A stretch of 63,316 bases of DNA, counting the filler, from Reticulomyxa filosa (taxonomy: Eukaryota > Protista > Foraminifera), in NCBI GenBank assembly GCA_000512085.1. It is 15 parts of 15 records of this genome, joined end to end, with 100 filler letters (N's around TTAATTAATTAA, not from the genome) between each part and the next. Parts side by side here need not be neighbours in the genome. Positions count along the whole stretch, not along the records: positions 1 to 14,240 come from ASPP01028576.1; 14 more parts are not named here. The stretch is one strand, 5' to 3'. A model generated the notes under the pieces. It searched no databases, had not been told where the DNA came from, and saw only the letters and a list, made by a program, of their open reading frames with translations. The stretch's first letter is position 1. Each line of letters starts with the position of its first letter. Made by a program: the position numbers and the translations under genes. Below are positions 1-12,960 of the stretch, one piece after another.

Positions 1-1650
1 ATATTTCACCAAATGATCAAAAAATTGTATCATGTTCTATTGATAAAACAATTAAAATCTGGGAATGAAACAAAATTTACAAAAACAAACATTGCATTCC
101 AATGGACTTCCTCTTTTTTAATTCATTTATTCCTTTCATCACAATTTTCACGCTTTTTTTTTTGTAAACAACTTGAAAAAAGACAAAGTAACGTATACTT
201 TTTTTTGTTTTTAAAAAAGATAATATTCTCAGTACCCGAGGACTTGTACTGCCGCAATTATTATTTTTCCAAACAAACTCAAATTAGATTATCAGATAAT
301 ACATTATGAACAAAAAAAATACAAAATAATAATGTAGAAAAGAGAAAATATTTTGATTGACAAAAAAATGTAGGAAAAAAATTAAATGTATTTTGAAACC
401 CTTGAAAATTCGTAGACACTTTTAAAAAAATTTTAAAAAGTTTATTTTCGCTTAGAAAATCGACCATCTTCATAATGTGGCATTTTAGTTTCAACACTTT
501 TGTCAGTAACTGTAAATGTTAGTAGTGCTCTTTGATTAAGAACAATGAAAGCTATCATTGTTGTATATGTTAATGTCCATATTTTTCTTTCTTTTCATAC
601 TTTTTTTATTATTTAAGTGTAGCGCAAGCCCTTATCACACATGGGTGAACTCTTATGGAACTGAGGAGCTCCCTTTGGGTTAAACTTCTTAACCAACTAC
701 TTCTTACTTCCTTGTTTTCTTATTTTCCTTTTTGTCATTTTGCTTTATTTCTTAATTGAGTAAAAAGTCTTTTCGTATTACATTTAGTGCAGCTCTCCTC
801 TTTTGACTCCACATAAGATTAATACTTTTTTTATTTATTATATCATTTGATACTTTAAGAAATCGAATTTGCGTTTTATTGTATATATCTTTGTTTAATC
901 AATAAAGTTTGATATTGTTCGCTACTTCTTTGCAAATATGATTTTTAAAATTGTAAACGTATCACGTTAGTTACTTTATTCTTTATTTAAAACCCACTGC
1001 AAATTATATTGGCCAAAAAAGCGTCATATTCAATGTTCAATAATTTGCTTGCACTCTGAAATTATTGCCATTTATTACCCATGCTAATCCAAAATCACAT
1101 ACACGTAATTATCATTTGAATTCAAATGTTTTGGATACTTTCATGAAAAAGTTTAAAAGCTGTCAAAACTCTTATTTCGGCTGTACTTTAATAGCGTAGT
1201 CGTAAATCATTAAAATTATTTCTTTTAATCCTTGCTTTACAATTGCTTCTAACAATTTTCAGTTCTTGCTATTTCGCGCTTTAATTTTTCAAGTAAGAAA
1301 TTCAAAATAGTATTTACATAAAGGAATAGCTTAAGCTTAAATGTAATGATTATCTGTGTAGCTGACAAACGTTGATGACAAATTCACAATCAAATGAACT
1401 GTGAAATTGGGATATTGGCTTTTGTTTATTTTATAAATTTAGTAAGCCGATAGAATTGCAAGCTTGAATCAGCAAAAGGATGTACTTATCACACGAAGTA
1501 CTTCACAAAAAAAAATATTTTGTTACAGAATGAAAATAAGCGCAACAAAATAGTTTTTTTGAAGAATATAAGTATGTTATATGTATATACTCGGAAGAAC
1601 AGCAAAAAACGACTGAAGGAAAGCCGAATCAAAACAAAACAAATGATAAT

Positions 1651-4218
1651 TTACCACCACTCCCACCAAAATTGTGGTGGTGTTGTTGCAGTATTTTCAT
1701 CTGCAGGCCTGTCGTGATGACGCAGAAGATCATTTGTTTGTTCAAAAGTACTATGCAAATCGGTTGTAATGTGCTTTTTTAGCTCTTCGAATCGTTTGTC
1801 AACTTTTTTCCATAACTCTTCTCCGTCAGTGATTTGAGGTTTGTTAGTGGAAATGGACAATGGTTGATCAAGCCGGCCGAACAATTGATCCGTTTTACTT
1901 TGCACAAGTTGTTTGATATTCATCAACTCCGCCAACACCTGTTTTGAAAAAGTGTCTGCGCTATTTACATCCTGCACTTTCTCTGCACTGCCATCATTTG
2001 CTTTTTCCTCTTGGTTCAATCTGTCATCGTCATCAAGATTCTCTTCGTCATCCTCGTCTTCGTCGTCCCCTGTATATACCTCGGTGGTCTTTAAGCGACT
2101 GTTCCTTGGTCGCGGGCTTGTCTTGTCGTTGTTCATCTTGACAAATAACGACTCTGAAATTTTCTTGGCCATTGTGCTTATAGCTTCGTCGTTCCAATTT
2201 GTCCATTTGTTGGTTTCTTATAGATATTTGTGCGACAATCGAGTTATATTCGAAGAAGAGAATAGTATATATACATATATATGCACATATATAAATATAT
2301 ATGTATATATATATAATGAAATAACCGAGTGGTTCGGTCTTTGCATAAATGTACCTTCTCTCGGAGAAGTTAAAGTCTTTGGAGTAGTGGGTACTTTGGA
2401 TTGAACGTTAGTGGTGCTCATCTGTCGAATAACGGATCTGTTGCGCTGTGTGGAATCGATGTCGAGCATGGTCTTTTGTTTTTTCATTCCGTTGTATACG
2501 TGATGGAGTCGCTCTCGATTGGATAATTCCGGAGTGCTGCAAGGCTTTGCTAATGAGCACAAAAGCGTCTCATTTTGCTGCAACTCTGCAAACGAGGTAC
2601 TGCCGCCCAGCGACTTTGTGTCGGGAGCACCGGCGCTATTGTTCTCTCTACTCTTCTTTAGCTCGCTTCCTAATGTCTCACTCGACAGCGTTAATTTCAC
2701 TGTCGCGAAACGAGTCAATTTACGATTGGGCTGTTGTTGTTGTTGCTGTTGCTGTTGAGTCTGTGGTGCATTCATCACTGTTCGAAACTTGAAATGCTGA
2801 GCTTCTTTCTTTTGCGATGGCGGCGATTGTGCAATCATTTCTTTTTTTTTTTTAACAATGATAACACATTCCATTATTTATTATTATGTGATATTTGTAC
2901 GCACATGCATGAACGCATGTGCGTGTGTATGTGTGAAGGACTCAAAAAAAAAAAAGACCATTGAGATATGGAGCAGGAGAACCAACAGATTGCGCATTGA
3001 CATTGTCCAATTGACCTCGTAGAGTCATGAGCTCACTCATATACGAGTGATTGGCTTCTTGTAGTATGGTAATCTCTTCGAATAGCTTTTTATTTTCATC
3101 GCGCAAGCTTTCAATCGTTTTGATTTGGGTCTGATTTTCCACCGAAAATCTGTTGTTTTCGCGGTTTAGTTTCAAAATCGTCGAATTTTGAGTGCGACTC
3201 GTTTCCACCAAATTGGATATCATTAGTTTTGCATCTGCTAGTTCTTGCATCAATTGCATCTCCATTTCGCCTTTGATTTCCTTACGTTTCAACGGAAAGT
3301 AGTTATTTTTTTTATTATTCACATGCATTCTCGCATTTGTATATTATATCATGTACATGCATATATATATATATGCATATATATCACGTGTGTATTACAA
3401 AAATACCGCATCGGATGTGAGTCGAGTCAAGTTATCAGTTTTTTCTTTATCTGATGTTTGCAGTTTTTCCACCCATTTGGTCAGTTCGTTGTTCTCTGCA
3501 CTCAAAGATTCCATTTCTTGTTTCGACTGCTCAAGTTCCATTTCCAGCTTTCTTTTTTCGTCCAACAACTTAGCATTTTCTCTTCGATACTCGTCGCATT
3601 GCCGCTCTGCTGGCTTGCCAAAGTCTTCAATCCATTGCTTCAATTGTTGAATTTCTTGATTCTTTATACCCATACACACATACATTTTATACTTATTCAT
3701 ACTTTTAAAAAATAATTATTAAAATTGCTTTTCATATCACTCAACACACATTCTCTCTTTTCATTGAATGAACACGCATAAATAAAAATAGACACAACTT
3801 TTCTAGTCATCATTTCTTGTGATTTCAATTCATTGTATTCCTGCTCTTCTTGCCATGCCGCGTCACCACCGTCTTGGGAATGTTCTACTTCTTCTCCAGC
3901 GACTCCTTCGTTGTTATGATGTTCTGCCGATTGTGCGAGTAAAAATTGAGTAAAAAAATCCGATTCCAATAACTCAGTATATTTTATTGCTCCCGATTTA
4001 TCCACATCAAAGGCATCAAACAACTTTTGCAATTGCTGTGGTGTTGATTCTGGCATCCACTCTTTCATTAACTTTTCAAACTCTTTCAAGTCTAACACCT
4101 TATCATGATTTGCGTCTGCTTCCTCGAACATTATCCGTAATTTTTCCAACAAATGCTCTGTATCATTTATATCCGCTATTGATTGGGGGATTGTAGTGTT
4201 CGATTCTTGTTCTGCCAT
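1651..4218 (-). CDS. EF-hand pair plus coiled-coil protein, ~5 exons (4218-3799, 3661-3407, 3280-2959, 2840-2355, 2216-1651)
   Basis: Two canonical EF loops (DANHDKVLDLKE, DVDKSGAIKYTE), then heptad-rich coiled coil, a poly-Q tract and an acidic tract. GT-AG introns join the ORFs in phase. The last junction and the 3' end are less certain. Confidence 0.8.
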
Positions 4219-4578
4219 CTTATCCTTAAAAGGTTTTTGAAATCTTTCCCTTTGAACACAAAAAGTTTCTGCAATTACACCACATAGACTGATATTACAA
4301 ACTATTCTTATTAGTACGTACGTTTTGTATCAGCTTTAATTTTTTGATTCTTAGGACAAGATAAGTGATGTTAAAAGCTACAAAATTCTAACTTACTGTA
4401 ATACAGTCATACACACATGTAATGGCTTTTTTTTAATCTGAAAACACGACACCGAATTTCTAACAGAACTACTATTATTGGTACAAACTTTAAACATTTC
4501 TTTAAAATCCAAAAAAAAAAGACAAGGACCCCATTACGCCTTTTTCTTTGTTATACTTTTAAACACAAATTCTTGAAA
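4219..4578. promoter_or_regulatory. Short divergent intergenic region (putative bidirectional promoter)
   Basis: Only 360 bp separate the head-to-head start codons at 4218 (-) and 4579 (+). No specific motif identified. Confidence 0.4.
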
Positions 4579-7500
4579 ATGAAAAACACAGAAGCTTATC
4601 AATATGAACAAAAAAAAATTGTTTCAACTCCAAACGCTAACAAAATTGAGGATGACAACAGTGTTCCCAGTTTATTGGTGGACTTGGATCACACCATTGG
4701 ATTTAGTGCACACTCAGTTTCACCATTGCACTTTTTGCAGCGGAGTACAAATAATAGTAAATTTTTGAATATGAGCTCACTGGCATCCAATTTACCGGAT
4801 AGTGAACAAAAAGAGGACAAAAATGACCAAGAAAACCCGGAAATTGGTTTCGATTATGTCTGCACAGCGGGCTCCACTTTACGTTAAGCAGTCCCTCCTT
4901 CTTATATGAATTTTTAAAAATTCCTGATGTGCAAATTATAATAACAACGAACAGTGTTGGCCAAATTTGGAAATCCTCACGAGCAAATCTCATTACAAAA
5001 TCATCGAGGACAAATCAGTGTCTGTGCGTTGTCTCCAGGAGTTATGTGCATCATTTACTTTTTTGTTTACAAAAAAAAGATAAAAAAAAAAATTTAGAAA
5101 TCTCTGTTGGCCTCGGTGGAGTCTGGAGAAAGACCAGACATTGTAGTCTGGAGATTTGAAGATCCCAATTCCGATATCCCAAAAGAGCTTTTCAGGTGAA
5201 GTTGTATGTTCATTGTCTCCAATATTTGTTCTTTGCCATCACTTTGTTCTTTTGTTATTCTGCTTTCACAGACTGGAAGAACACACCAAAGGAGTTCAGC
5301 TGCTTGCATTTTCCGATGACAATGTTACGTATATACACATATATGTATACGTAAGATTGTCACCGATTGGAAACGCTTATATTGTGGTTGATATCTCATT
5401 CAAATATTAATTTATTTTTTTTTGCTTCAAATATAAAAAAAACGATTAGCGATTACTTGCGAGTGTGGGTAGCAAAGACGATGGAAAGATGTTCATTTGG
5501 GACATGGATACGTATGTTTATACATATAAACATATTAAAAGCGTACACATCTGTTTTCAAAGTACTGTGAATTTGTAATTACAAAAACAAAACAGAGGAT
5601 ACATAGTTGCCCCTCATTCCGTATATCCATCTCCATGCGCCGATTTTGCTTGGGGAGGTCGTGTAGAAGGTAAGACCATTTTTTTTTTTTACTTTAATGT
5701 ACTTGTTTAGTTTACGATTTCCCTCTCAAAAAAAAAGAACATCACAACAATAACAAAAAAACCAAGATACAAGGAGAAGACCCACAACCGACTATTTATT
5801 TTCAACCTGCGGATTTGACGAAGTGTGTGTTTGGGCATTAACTCCGAAGACGGGACGTATTATACGTCAAAAGTGCACAACCAATTTTCATCGCGATTAC
5901 CAGTTCCGATCAAAACTAAACAAATTTTTTTTTTTCAAGGAAGTGAAAACAAAAAAAACGAATAAAAATGTTTGCATTGCGTAGATGCTTGACATTTTCG
6001 CCATCGAATGAATTGATAGTTGCGGGGACAAAGACGGGAGATTTTGTAATCTTTCATGTTCGGCAGCTGCAATCCATCGGCATTTACCAGACGTGTGTGA
6101 GCGGCGTGAGTTGCATTCAGTGTACAAACATGGTGTCCGTGGATCCGGACGAGATAAAAAACTCGCTTCGTTCTCGTTATTTGTTTAATCGGATCTTAGT
6201 CGGAGGAGGGGACGGCACGGTTACGGAATGGAACTTTTCCGACAAAACAGTTGTGCCAAACAAAATATATAATCGTTTTGTGATTGTATTGTTAAGTGGT
6301 ATTGCCGGGACGGGGAAAAAAGGGAAAGTATACCAAGACCAAAGCAGTGAAATTAGATAGTGGTGTTACAGCGTTACAAGTTAATGCGACACAAGAACAG
6401 GTGTTGGCGGGGACTAGTGCAGTTATGTTGCTTTTTTCTCTCTCTCTTTCTTTCTCTCTTATTGAACTAAAATGAAACTTAAAAAAAAAAAAAACAATGA
6501 ACAAATGCACTCCAGGGATATGTGTATCAAATAAAAGAAAAAACATTGGACAATGTTGTCGTGGAGTCTGTGAGCGAGACAAATCCAATTATTAGTGTGC
6601 GGTTTCTGCCACAGACAAATGATAAATTTGTGACATGTGCAGTCAACGGACTCATCAAGTTTGTGTACACTTCTATCCTACACTCTCTTGAATTGTTAAA
6701 AACATATTCACTGGGAAAAAAAAAAGGCTTTGGAGTAGTAATGACTACAATATTGAGTTGTCGCACAAACCAATTTCAAGGATTAAACGCAGCGCACAAT
6801 GTTTGGATCTAAACGAGGAGTTCATCTTGGTTGGATGGTACGTTTGTTATTTATGTATTTTCTTCTTTTTTTTAAATGAAAGGATTGCGAGAAAAATTGA
6901 ATATACTTTGTGCGATGACCACAGGGACAACGGAGATATATCTGCCTTTGATACGTACGAGTCCGACTCAGAGTTATGGGAAATTAAGAGTGCCCACAAA
7001 GACATGGTTTGTGGAATTGGAATTAGTGCAAATCAAGTTTAGTTTGACTTTTTCTAAAGTGTTTGCGTAAGCTATATACACACATTTTGTGCCATTTCCC
7101 ATTTCCTGGAAAAAATTACAAGTTTTTTGGACACAATTTCATTGTATTGTGTTTGTTTTGCCAAGCACAGAAGTATTTCGTGACAGTTGGAGGAGATGGG
7201 CTTTTGCGGGTGTGGGACACCAAACATCGCCATTTAGCTGCAAACATGAAAGAGCATAATCAGCAAATCACTGGATTGGTAATTATTTTTTGTCATTTTG
7301 CTACTCTCTTCTTCATTTGCACATAAACATTCTCTTATTCCGTTACAACTAATCAAACTGTGCTTTTCTTTGTTTGATGAACATAATAAAGGCATTGTAT
7401 CGAGATGCGAGACATGCATTGACTTGTAGTCGTGATCACACCTTTATTTGCTGGGATTTAGCGGTTAATACTTCTTTTCCAAAAAATGCACTTTTTTGAA

Positions 7501-8272
7501 ATATCAGACTCTGTTTTTTTTTTTGAAGAGAGTCACTCAAGTGGTGAATCTCAAACAGTAATAAATTACCCTATAAACTTACCAACAGGTTCAAAAAAGT
7601 ATTTCCTGTTATAGGATAAAAACTGGGGGGATTAATGGCATCACCATCACTCCAGACCAACAAACGGTTATTACTGTTGGTCGAGACAAAGCCATCACGT
7701 CAGTAATGATTATATTTTCATTTGTTAACTTTTTAAAAAAATCGAGAAATATCAAATTCAGACTTGGGTTGGTGTGGGTGGGAATGGGCTAATGCTTTAT
7801 CATAGATATTGGGATTTACGAATTGACTCGCCAATTCATGTAATTCCAAAAGCTCATGAAATGGACCCAACATTTGTCACAGTTTGTATACGTTTGTGGT
7901 AACACGCACAAAAGACATTTTTCATCTCTGGGGGCGTTCACACTTAGTGAGCTGTGATGTAGCGAAAAAAATAGGCAGCTAAAAAAAAATTTATCAAACA
8001 CAGGTTTCACCAGAGGGAAAGACTTTGGCATCAGCTGGGGATGATGGGTGTGTCAAGTTTTGGAATATGGATACGTATCAGCTCCTAGGTATGCTATTGT
8101 ATTCCAAAATCTTCAATATTTTATGACTCAATTGTTTAAAAAATAAAACACAGACTGCAAAAATGCTCATTGTCATGAAGTCCATGGTATTGAATTTAGT
8201 CCAGACAATAAGCAACTTATTTCCGTTGGTGCAGACGCCAATATCAAAATTTGGAATTTATACTACAAATGA
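4579..8272 (+). CDS. CFAP52: CFAP52/WDR16-like WD40-repeat ciliary protein, ~18 exons
   Basis: The spliced product has LDHTIGFS...EQISLQNHRGQISVCALSPG...LEEHTKGVQLLAFSDDN..LASVGSKDDGKMFIWD...IVAGTKTGDFVIF...FVTVGGDGLLRVWD...FSPDNKQLISVGADANIKIWNLYYK*, which matches the CFAP52 motif order. Introns 5041-5097, 5670-5766, 6250-6322 and 6422-6515 splice in frame. It could be a paralog rather than the ortholog. Confidence 0.75.
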
Positions 8273-8570
8273 CTTTCATTCATCCCTATAGACAAGCCAG
8301 AAAATTTTTTTTTAGCGATTAAATTTTATTTGCCAGTTTTAGTTTACTTATTTATTGTACTGCGTCATTGTTTATACTTTAATGACCCAAAAAGTGATAT
8401 TTATCGATAAAAATCTCAGGTTTTTAATTTTCAAATTCGCAAGCTATTTTTTTCCTTTCGCTTTTTTCGAAACACAATAAAGCAATGAGATAGCAGTGAT
8501 ATTTAAAAGTTTTCAGTTTTAACAAACCCCGTCAATTTTTAAAAGAACTTTTAATCATTGTACAATTCAA

Positions 8571-9164
8571 ATGTCCGAGAAGACTGCTGAAAAACGTTCT
8601 TTGGCAGAGTCTCACTCAACAGATTCCACAAAAGTTGGTGAGGAAACAAATAAAACAGATGTACTGGCTCCCTCGTCAAAAAAACCCAAAAGAGTTCCAA
8701 TAACTCGCCCGGCACATTTTGAAATTCACGCAAGTGACGTCGAGCGATGTATTAAATTTTATGCTGAAACCTTTAATTGGAAAGTCCAGCGATGGGAAAA
8801 TAATGATTATTGGATGGTAACAACTGGAGATAAAAAGGTTGAAGGCGTTAATGGTGGGATAGTGCCAAGAAAAGGGGATCCACCAAAAGAAAATTGCCCA
8901 ATCAATGGATACGTTAAGACTTTGTTTTGTGAGTTGCTGACACCATGATTTGATTTTTTTCCAAAAATTTTCTACCAGGTGATGACCATGGAAGTTCCTG
9001 ACATCGATGATTGCCTCGAAAAAGTTAAAAAAGCTGGTGGTTCGATTGCAAAAGAAAAATACACTCTCCCTTATGTTGGACAACTAGCTTATCTCAAAGA
9101 TACAGAACAAAATATGTTTTGTGTCTTGCAAAGTTTTACAAGACCAATTTATTATGAAGAGTGA
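8571..9164 (+). CDS. VOC/glyoxalase-bleomycin-resistance family protein (bacterial type), 2 exons (8571-8912, 8979-9164)
   Basis: Motifs HFEIHASDVERCIKFYAETFNWK...GVNGGI and VPDIDDCLEKVKKAGG...VGQLAYLKDTEQNMF. A 66-nt phase-0 GT-AG intron lies at 8913-8978. Confidence 0.88.
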
Positions 9165-10887
9165 ACTATAAAATGTAACGATTTTGTTATTTAATGAGTG
9201 CATTTTTTCTGCAAAATCACTAACACAAAAGAAACTACCACGAACATACACTTGACATTGCTGTTCTCGAAAACAATACAAACGGTTTAGATAAAAATCT
9301 TCCGCTATCATATTGCGATATCGATAAAATAAATTTTTTTTAGTAAAACTTATTTGCTGCCAAATATTCTCTTAAGCTTAGTTTCAGTGTGGCTAAATTA
9401 AAAAGCAAACCTTGAATTCAACTTATTTACGACAGTAATTATGTCGTTACAAGAATAATACAGAAAGGATTGTTTAGTCTTATGCAGTAAACAACATCAA
9501 AGTAGCTCAGTGCAATGCGAAAAGCAAGAGAAAATTTAGTATCAAAATTACTAGAAAAGAAAATACATTATTGAAAAACTATTCTCAAAGAAATCAAAGC
9601 ATTAAAAAAATAACAATGATAACAGACATTAAAAGAAAAAGATTGAAAGGAAAAAGGACTAGAACAACAATAAAAATACAAAATAGTAAATCATATGGTG
9701 ATGAAATAAAATATATAATGCAAGAATTAGCATATGTGAAATTAACATTTCAGTAAATATTGCAATATATAAATCAAGTGTTTATCCAAGTGTTGAGTTG
9801 GAATATATTACAATGAAATCAACATAACGTATATTACCAATTGTAATTTTTCAGCACAATATAATTTGATTTTATTACAATGTCCAAATATTAGAACAAA
9901 ACTTGCATCAGAAGAAGTATAATATTTATTTATTACAAGAATGTTTTCGATCAAAGAAGGAAAATATGTAAATATGTATATTAAAGAACTGAATAGTGTC
10001 CATCGATTAAAGTAAACTAGCTGTTGAAATTTATATTGACTTACAATTTTTATTTTGAAATTTTTGTGAAAGCAGCCAGTCGGAACAAATTACGTGATGT
10101 TCTTTCTTTCTTATTATTGTGAGCTACTAGATTTCTTAAGAAATTTGGATTTGTGATACCAACCAGTTGGAACAAAATCAGCATTGGTGTTCCATATTAT
10201 GCAAAAGAAATACTAGAATGTTTTGCATTGCTTTATATTCATTTTTTTTAATTTAATTTTTTGTTGTTTTGTTCACGTTTTATATATTTGATTATTATTT
10301 TTTCACGTACTTGCTGTGTTTTGGGCACATTAGTAAGTCAATCAGATGCGTTCTTTTGCAAAGTGCAAAGCTGTATTTTTAGTGTTTTTCTTGAAAATGC
10401 AGTTTTCCGACTTAAATTTTGTTTTCTATAATATGATTAAAACATTTTTTACATTGCCAAAAATCTTGTCTTGTGTGCAGTCTATTGTCATCATACATTT
10501 CTGGATTGTTAATATATCTTTTTTATCGTTTGAATTTTTTCTATTTTCGATTTCTTGTTAGTGAAATCTATTAAAATTTTCAGCAATTGGTTACAATTTA
10601 TTGATTGAATATCTTTGGAAAAGCGCAAAATTGTTTTCCAGCTGATTGAATATGTGTGCATTTTATTTTTTTTGCAACAGAATGATCTATTCTCAAAAGT
10701 TTCAACAGTACAGATAGAGTCAGAAGTGTGCTTTTTGGTCACTAATGTGGGAACCACAAGGGGAAAGGGTCAGCGCAAAAAAGAAAAGACTAAGTGTAAT
10801 ACGAAAGGCAATTAGTTCTAAAAAGCAATTTCAGTAAAAGAAAATTAAATTGACAAAAATAATTGCAACACAAGAAAGAAAACAAGT

Positions 10888-11283
10888 ATTTTTTTTAGAT
10901 GAGTTGCAGTGGGGCGTGTCAAGTATTGGACTAATCTACCGCTTCATCCTGCACAAACTCAGGTCCTAGTTACAAGATTACCTCGTTATAAGAATAGAAC
11001 ACAGTACTCAAAGAAACACAAAACAAAAGAAAGACAATAAAGTTAATTCTTGAAGAAACTTGAAAATTGTTCAAATTCTTCTATTGTCGATTACGAACTT
11101 CTTTCAAAACTTTAATCCTGACATGGTTTCCACGATCGATCCCCAATGATGAACTGTTTCATCGACAGTGACTGTACCGCAAATATTAATTAAGAAATGT
11201 TCGACAGCTTCTTCTTCATCACACCAAATACAATCAGGAGAATCTGATCTTTGGATATTATACAAATAATCATTCAATCCAAC
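10888..11283 (-). mobile_element. Non-LTR retrotransposon 3' end (ORF2 C-terminal zinc-finger remnant, 3'UTR, short poly-A)
   Basis: The minus strand reads GLNDYLYNIQRSDSPDCIWCDEEEAVEHFL, a typical LINE ORF2 C-terminal CCHC region. It is followed by ~180 nt of UTR and an A-run at ~10889-10896. Confidence 0.65.
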
Positions 11284-11954
11284 TTAATGTAATACAATCT
11301 TCTAAAAATAAAAATAAAAAATAAAAAATCTAATCGCCATCATCGATCGTAAAAGATTTTTCAAGATTAACAAGAATCTCGACAAGCAAGCTAGATATCT
11401 CGGAAGATTTTGAAAGATCTCGAAAGAGCTCGAAAGTCCAAGCGAAATCATTTCAAGAAATCTGAACAATTTTTTTTACTATAGTGATATAAAGATTTTT
11501 ATAGTTGACATTTTTGTATTGGAGTGTGGCTTTCAACTTTTGTTACTCTCTGGCAACGTAATTGTTGCATTATTTTGGGTTGTGCTCTGCATAACTCCCC
11601 CAATTTTGAGGCACGTGCGGTTAAAAAAGAGTCTTTTAGCTAGCTTTGTGATAACAAGAAAGCTGTTCAGCAAGGCTGCCGACTGAGTAAAGGTATAGTT
11701 AGCGACCTCATTTTTCAGTGAGGTTGTTACGGGGTTGAATATATTCACTTAGCAGACGTAATCGAGAGCTGCTATACTCAGGCCTAGAAACACAGGCTTT
11801 TCTCATCCCGACTGAAAAAGGCAATCCGGAGCTTTAAAACTTTTGTTGGCTATTCAAATAAAGATGCAGTCAGCAAATTCTCAAAATTGTAATGCTGCCG
11901 ATTGTGATTCCAGGTTATTTAATGGGAAATCTGGAATGAAATCGGGTATGTTGA

Positions 11955-12960
11955 GTGGATTATTTGGTGATTCCAGTATTGGGATTACATTATTACAACA
12001 ACGGCAACGCAAACAGAGCAAAGAAAAGGAAACTGCCGGAAAATGATGATATTCCCGATATGAATGTCAAGAAGAGAAGGACTTCTCAAATGCAAGGACA
12101 AATCGCTGTGCGACTATGCTCATCATCCAAAACCTTGGTGATTACACCAATTCAAGCCAAAGAGCTTAAGTCAGCAACATCAGTACTTAAGCTTCTTGGC
12201 TTGAAGAATAAACATCAGCTCACACATTCTCTAGCAATCTAAGACCAGTCTATGTTCATTTTGCTGCGAATGTGAATGCCCAACACTTGCAACAGCTGTG
12301 TACGACATTCAACAGTAATCAACCTTCGTCGGATGGAGATGAGAAAGCCAAAGAACAATCCATTCGGCAACCGAAATGCCAAATTTATCAACGAGATTAT
12401 GTTGATGAAATCAAGAAAAGAAAAGAGCAGGAAGTATACAATCCCAACCTTGACAAGGTTGTATTATTGAAGAATGTTCCAGTTCTGGAATTGGAAGACT
12501 ATGGATATTCAGTTAATCAAGTAAAACGATTCAACAGAATGCCAATTGTTATGCTGAAAATGTGATGAAGATTTTGATGATAAGGAGATCCATGGCACAA
12601 GCTGCACTATATGATAAAAATAAGTCAAGGCCCAAGTACCATTTTAAGCAATGTCGAAATTATTACAAATTTAACCACATTGCAAAAGAATGTCCACAGA
12701 AAAGAAAGACGTGCAAGTATTGTGGATTGAAGAACCACGAAGCATCGAAATGTCGACACAAGAACGAACAAAGTCGACATCAATGTATATTGTGCAAGAA
12801 GAGTCGTCCAAGTGGTTCGGTGCAATGCGAAGTGATTCGCAAGGCAAGAGAAAAGATTGGAATTAAATTGACAAGGAAAGAAGGTGAATTCCTAATGAAA
12901 AAGGAATCACAAAGCATTCCAATTAAACACAATGTTCAGCATCAACCGAAACAATATTCA
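11955..12960 (+). mobile_element. Non-LTR retrotransposon ORF1 (gag-like zinc knuckles), degenerate
   Basis: Frameshifted ORFs ending in three CCHC-like knuckles: QCRNYYKFNHIAKEC, CKYCGLKNHEASKC and CILCKKSRPSGSVQC. Confidence 0.8.

Noticed and set aside
6275-6296. Possible 22-nt ultra-short intron in the CFAP52-like gene
   Set aside because: A normal 73-nt intron (6250-6322) restores the same frame more plausibly.
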